From Nitrososphaeria archaeon (GTDB taxonomy: Archaea > Thermoproteota > Nitrososphaeria > JACIWG01), in NCBI GenBank assembly GCA_050011875.1, contig JBEKIG010000017.1, forward strand, positions 1 to 52,900: a DNA stretch of 52,900 nucleotides, given 5' to 3'. Positions 48,666 to 52,900 of the stretch are shown piece after piece (position 1 is the first letter of the stretch; every line of letters starts with the position of its first letter). The notes beneath the pieces are model-generated. The model saw only the letters and a program-made list of their open reading frames with translations. It searched no databases and was not told the DNA's origin. Both the position numbers and the translations under genes were made by a program.

Positions 48666-49466
48666 TCATTCCGCCCAGTATCCTTGGCGATTGTAATGTT
48701 GATGCAGTCTGATCTCATAGTCCCGAGTTAGAGAATCCTCCGTGTATTCCGGTGACTGCTTGATGTCCTCGCGGGTAAGATTGACGAAGACTTTCGACTC
48801 GCTCCAACTAACGCGCTTGATCCATTTCGGCGAAACCAGAACCTCTTTTCCCGGCCACCAGTTCTGTGTATCGATGATCAGATAACGAATCGCCCACGTC
48901 TCGTCATCAATAATAAAATCTTCGACGTGGCCAATCTCGCCGTCGTAGGCTTGGATGTGATAGCCACTCACAGCGTCAGTGCTGCGCAAATGGGGATTCC
49001 ACTTTTTCACAGCCTGAGTAAATTCTTTCCATTTTTCACGGTTATGCTCAATGGAGGGATAATTTCCCCACATGTATGGGCCAAACCAATACGGAGGCCA
49101 GCCATAATACTTATAGTAGCTCTCCTCGACTTGGCGGGATACGGGCTTATCGCTGTCTATGGGTGGACTGTCCTCGATCTGTTTTTTGGTTAAATTGATG
49201 GCGATGTTTTGCTCTTCTTTATTCACTGCGCCCAGCGCATACGGGGAGATCAGCACCTGCCTGCCCGTGAGCCAGTTTCCTGAGTCGGCGACCAGATAGC
49301 GGATTGTCCAGTGCTTGTCGTCGAAGTAGAATTCTTTGACCTTCCCTATTTCCCCGTCAAGGCTGTCCAATTTGTAACCTTTTAGTGTTTTAACTTTTAA
49401 CATAATGTTTCTTTCGTTCTTTGCGTTTCGTTTTGGTTCGTTGTATCGTTCGTCTTTTTTAGCCAT
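48666..49466 (-). CDS. Tandem PRC-barrel protein (start may be 49403)
   Basis: Two copies of GY.....DGEIG.V..F..DD..W.IRYL..D..NW..G..VL.SP. Confidence 0.88.
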   Translation of the reverse strand: MAKKDERYNEPKRNAKNERNIMLKVKTLKGYKLDSLDGEIGKVKEFYFDDKHWTIRYLVADSGNWLTGRQVLISPYALGAVNKEEQNIAINLTKKQIEDSPPIDSDKPVSRQVEESYYKYYGWPPYWFGPYMWGNYPSIEHNREKWKEFTQAVKKWNPHLRSTDAVSGYHIQAYDGEIGHVEDFIIDDETWAIRYLIIDTQNWWPGKEVLVSPKWIKRVSWSESKVFVNLTREDIKQSPEYTEDSLTRDYEIRLHQHYNRQGYWAE

Positions 49467-50085
49467 TTTAACTCATAAAAGAAATGGTGAAGTTATTATA
49501 TAAAGATTCCACCCATAATCACGCCAGCATAATCTTACAGAAAGCTCAAAGTACAGGGTTCTCTACAATAAAGATGGAAATATCTCGTGGCCTTTGTGGT
49601 CAGGAATCCAGCCGGACTTAAATTCTAAGCTTGAATGTTCAATTTCTATACAAAAATATTCTTGAGATAATAAAAAGGAAATTACCTGACATGGTTATAG
49701 TGGACCACAAACATGATTCGTTAGATGTTTCTAAAATTTAGAAGTCGGCTTTGATAGCCTCTGCTCTTAATCAGATATCCTTCCATGTTAGTAATAAATC
49801 TACTAAGACGCATCGCTATCGATTATAACTCGTGGTCCTACTATATAAAGGAGCCCTTATCCATCAGTTAAATAGAGATTAAATTTTCAGATCTTGAGAC
49901 TTAATATCCGCTATTTTTTATTTCTTATAGCTTTTTTCATTTTATTTAGGTCGGCTAGCGTACGATTTATAAAAAATGCTGAAAAATCCGAAAAGTTTAA
50001 ACTATCTCGAGTTAAATTTAACTTTGTGATAACTGAAGGCGCTGGAAGGACTTTAGTTAGCACGGCAAAAAAGGATTGATCCAAG

Positions 50086-50439
50086 ATGGAGAGAATGGTC
50101 GAGCCAAGAAAAAGCTACTTGCAAAGATTTAACCGTCTGCTTGCAGTGCCGACGTTGGTTTTGTTCATAATCTTAACTATATCAGGATATGGCATAACTA
50201 ACCCGAATACGGTAAGGGAACTTACGGGAGGCGTGTTCACGCGCGCCCTTTCGTTGTATGTGCATACGAATTTGATCCTGCCAGCTTTGACGCTTCTCAC
50301 GATTCACGTCCTTATAGTAATCAGGTCGACCCTGATTCGTTGGGGCTTTAAGGAGGGCATTGCCCTGAACTCTTTTCTGATCCTTTTAGGAGCTTTAACG
50401 GTAGCTTTGCTGGTGCTGATGCAGTACCTGGTGGTGTGA
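50086..50439 (+). CDS. Small three-helix membrane protein with two TM histidines
   Basis: ILTISGYG, LYVHT and LTIHV. It lies 4 bp upstream of the molybdopterin-domain gene. Confidence 0.75.
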   Translation: MERMVEPRKSYLQRFNRLLAVPTLVLFIILTISGYGITNPNTVRELTGGVFTRALSLYVHTNLILPALTLLTIHVLIVIRSTLIRWGFKEGIALNSFLILLGALTVALLVLMQYLVV

Positions 50440-50443
50440 GAAG

Positions 50444-51732
50444 TTGAAGAATTACAAAGCGATTGTCTTCGCAGGTTTAATAGCGATATCTGCCCTGTTA
50501 ACCTTCATGCCAGCAATGAAGCAGGCTGATGCCCAGACAGACATTGTATTACGAATTTACGGTGCCGTAAACAACCCTTTGAACCTCACGTACGATCAGC
50601 TGCTTTCTTTTCCCATGGTTTCAGAGGTGGCAAGGCTAGAGTGTGTCATAGGGCAGCCGAACGTCACCTACAACTGGACCGGAATACCACTTTTTTATCT
50701 GTTGACCCTAGCTCAGATTAAGCCTGACGCTGACAAGGTCGTTACGATAAGTGGTTTAGACGGCTTTTCTTCGGACCTCCCTGTCGAATACGCTTTGGAA
50801 CCTACTACACTACGATACTGGCGCTAGAAGCAAATGGAACGAGCATGCCCGATATACTGTATAGCCCAACCGGGCTCAATAGGCTAGTCGTCCCAGGAAT
50901 GTATGGCTTCAAATGGGTCAGTGGGGTCGACGAGATAAATGTAACGACGAATAATGTTCTAGGAAACTATGAGAGCACCGGCTATCCTGATATAGACATG
51001 GTGCCTGACTACGGGCCCATACAACCATTGGTTCCCCCGCTGCAAACGTTCAATGTAACTTACGCAAACAGAACGTTCGGAGTTGATTCATTCACAAATG
51101 CTTCAATGACAAACGTCGTTTTTGACCCTTCCCAGAAAAAAATGGACGTGAGCATGACCGTTTTGAATGGAACATCGAGTTTTGTGGACTTCATATTAGA
51201 GCAAGACTTTCTCAAGGGACCATACAACGTCACGGTAGACGAAAAACCAACAAGCGCGATTGAAGCTGACACAAACGGGACTTCATACCTCTACATAACT
51301 CTTGCCGAAGGCTTTCACACTGTAAGCATATCAGGCACAGAGTTCTTCGGCCACATTCCTGAAATATCACTGTACTACCAAGCATCAACATATGTTGGAA
51401 AGAGCGTAACATTTGATGCAAGCAAATCTGTAGATATAGGAACAATAGTCTCGTATGATTGGAGTTTCGGCGACGGCTCATACATGAACGGAACCACGCC
51501 AGTGGTGTCACATTCTTATGACAAACAAGGAATATATCAAGTGGAACTCGAAGTAACAAACAATGAAGGCTTAAGCAGTTTCAAGACGGTTACGATAACC
51601 GTTACAATCCCGCCTGGGAACATTTTCTTCATCCTCATAGTCATTTTAGCAACAATGTTCAAGTTTACATGCCTCTTAAGGGAACGTGAAGGATGCGGTT
51701 ATCATAGTATTATCTTGGTTCTGGGCGCCTGA
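50444..51732 (+). pseudogene. Secreted sulfite-oxidase/MsrP-family molybdopterin domain plus PKD domain, frameshifted at 50804-50813
   Basis: Signal peptide, LECV, WTGIPL, RLVVPGMYGFKWV and PKD FDASKS...YDWSFGDG...SHSY. Removing one ACTAC copy joins both ORFs as EPTTILALEANGTSMP. Confidence 0.85.
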
Positions 51733-52326
51733 TGAGCTGTTTGTCCAGTATTGGACAAAGTTTAATGTAGTTTTTCCTGATCCCAGTAGTTTAATAGAGT
51801 ATCCGCTCCAGCATCCGGGAGTGATCGAAGTGTGCATTTGTCCGTATGAAAGTGGCATGATAAATTCTGGACAGAGGCATAGCGGACCACTCGGGATTTT
51901 TTGGAGCACTGAAGAGTTTGTGAACGCGTAAAGGTCGAGCCCACTGCCGCAGCCTCCGACGATGTATACGGTGGAGCTGACAATGTTTTCGAACTCCACG
52001 TAGAAGGTTACGTATCTTTCACCGTTCTGGGTCGCAGCTACCACAGTCCAGACCGACAGTATCTTAAGCGGAGTTGAAGGGGAAAAGGTGTACGAGTCGC
52101 TTGTTATATTCGATGTAACGGTGGAGGTGCTTGTTGTGACAGTGGAAGTGGATGTGATCGTCGACGTAACAGTTAACGTGGTGGTTGTGGTCTGCGTTAC
52201 GGTCTCAGTTGCTAGGTTCGTGTTTTTTCCGTACAGAAATCCGACAGTACCTATGAGAACTATGATGGTAACTACTAAAGCGCTTGTAACATAGTTCTTT
52301 GACCTCTGCATACTCATGTTTTTCAA
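51676..52326 (-). CDS. Membrane-anchored surface protein with Thr/Ser-rich linker and Cys-containing domain
   Basis: N-terminal TM helix, TETVTQTTTTTLTVTST linker and GGCGS...CLC...PGC. Confidence 0.8.
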   Translation of the reverse strand: MKNMSMQRSKNYVTSALVVTIIVLIGTVGFLYGKNTNLATETVTQTTTTTLTVTSTITSTSTVTTSTSTVTSNITSDSYTFSPSTPLKILSVWTVVAATQNGERYVTFYVEFENIVSSTVYIVGGCGSGLDLYAFTNSSVLQKIPSGPLCLCPEFIMPLSYGQMHTSITPGCWSGYSIKLLGSGKTTLNFVQYWTNSSSGAQNQDNTMITASFTFP

Positions 52327-52440
52327 CCTATTTTGTGCCCAGCTGATATTTAAATATGAAGCAGAATCAGATATGTTCTATGTAGGTTAATTGGACCTTT
52401 AATAATAACCTTTTAAATCAACCAAAATTAACCGATAACA

Positions 52441-52900
52441 ATGAAAGACTCTACAGGAGAGCAACTTGTAAAGTTCGTCGATCGCTCCAAAGAATTAGGA
52501 GTATATGATGCGAAAATCGTAAAGGCTTCCACTATAAAGACAGCAGCGTGGACCCGCTTGAGATGCCAATACGGATGCCGCCATTATGGCAGTTATCTAT
52601 GTTGCCCACCATACTCCCCTAAACCAAATGAGACACAAGAGGCGATCGACGATTACAAGTACGCGTTGATGATGCATAGTAAAAACCAGGAAGTTGCCAA
52701 GAAAATCGTGCCAACACTCGAACGTGAAATATTTCTGGATGGCTACTATAAGGCATTTGGCTTCATAGCAGGAAGATGTCCCTTATGCGAAAAATGCAAT
52801 CTAAAATCCTGTGTTCATCCAAGAGAAGCCAGACCTTCAATGGAAGCTGCAGGCATAGACGTGTATGAGACAGCTAGAGCTAATGGATTCCCGATCAAGG
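52441..52900 (+). CDS. DUF2284-type predicted metal-binding protein, runs off the window end
   Basis: Not in the ORF track. Manual translation gives WTRLRCQYGCRHYGSYLCCPPYSP...GRCPLCEKC...CVHPREARPSMEAAGIDVYETA. Confidence 0.88.
   Translation, partial: MKDSTGEQLVKFVDRSKELGVYDAKIVKASTIKTAAWTRLRCQYGCRHYGSYLCCPPYSPKPNETQEAIDDYKYALMMHSKNQEVAKKIVPTLEREIFLDGYYKAFGFIAGRCPLCEKCNLKSCVHPREARPSMEAAGIDVYETARANGFPIK

Noticed and set aside
51655-51732. Functional overlap of two convergent genes
   Set aside because: More simply explained by loss of the PKD gene's native stop after its TM anchor.

Overview
Archaeal DNA, probably TACK and possibly Bathyarchaeia-like. This is inferred from the nurA-herA-mre11-rad50 operon, BRE/TATA promoters and GGTG-type ribosome-binding sites. 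The window has three parts. (1) About 0.5-23.9 kb is an AT-rich accessory island. It starts with two coiled-coil genes divergent from a wHTH gene, with a perfect 16-bp palindrome between them and an array of inverted GATAAT repeats after the wHTH gene. Next is a tightly coupled ~16 kb operon: SNF2 helicase, sacsin-like GHKL ATPase with an HNH-like C-terminus, a 1942-aa SF2 helicase/DUF1998/PLD-nuclease fusion, and a C5-cytosine methyltransferase. A convergent T:G-mismatch-type glycosylase, an HD-CE phosphohydrolase and an orphan gene follow, then a degenerate tRNA-3'-like fragment. This operon is the best candidate for an undescribed defence system. It combines parts related to DISARM, Dpd and Druantia but matches none of their canonical gene sets. 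(2) 24.0-30.6 kb is the archaeal DNA end-resection operon nurA-herA-mre11-rad50. (3) 30.8-52.9 kb is a mosaic of transporters and small enzymes, including a GC-rich MMPL gene, with many gene remnants, nonsense codons and a frameshift. No rRNA, intact tRNA, CRISPR array, intact transposase or intact integrase was seen. All family calls come from motif reading and recall, not database searches.
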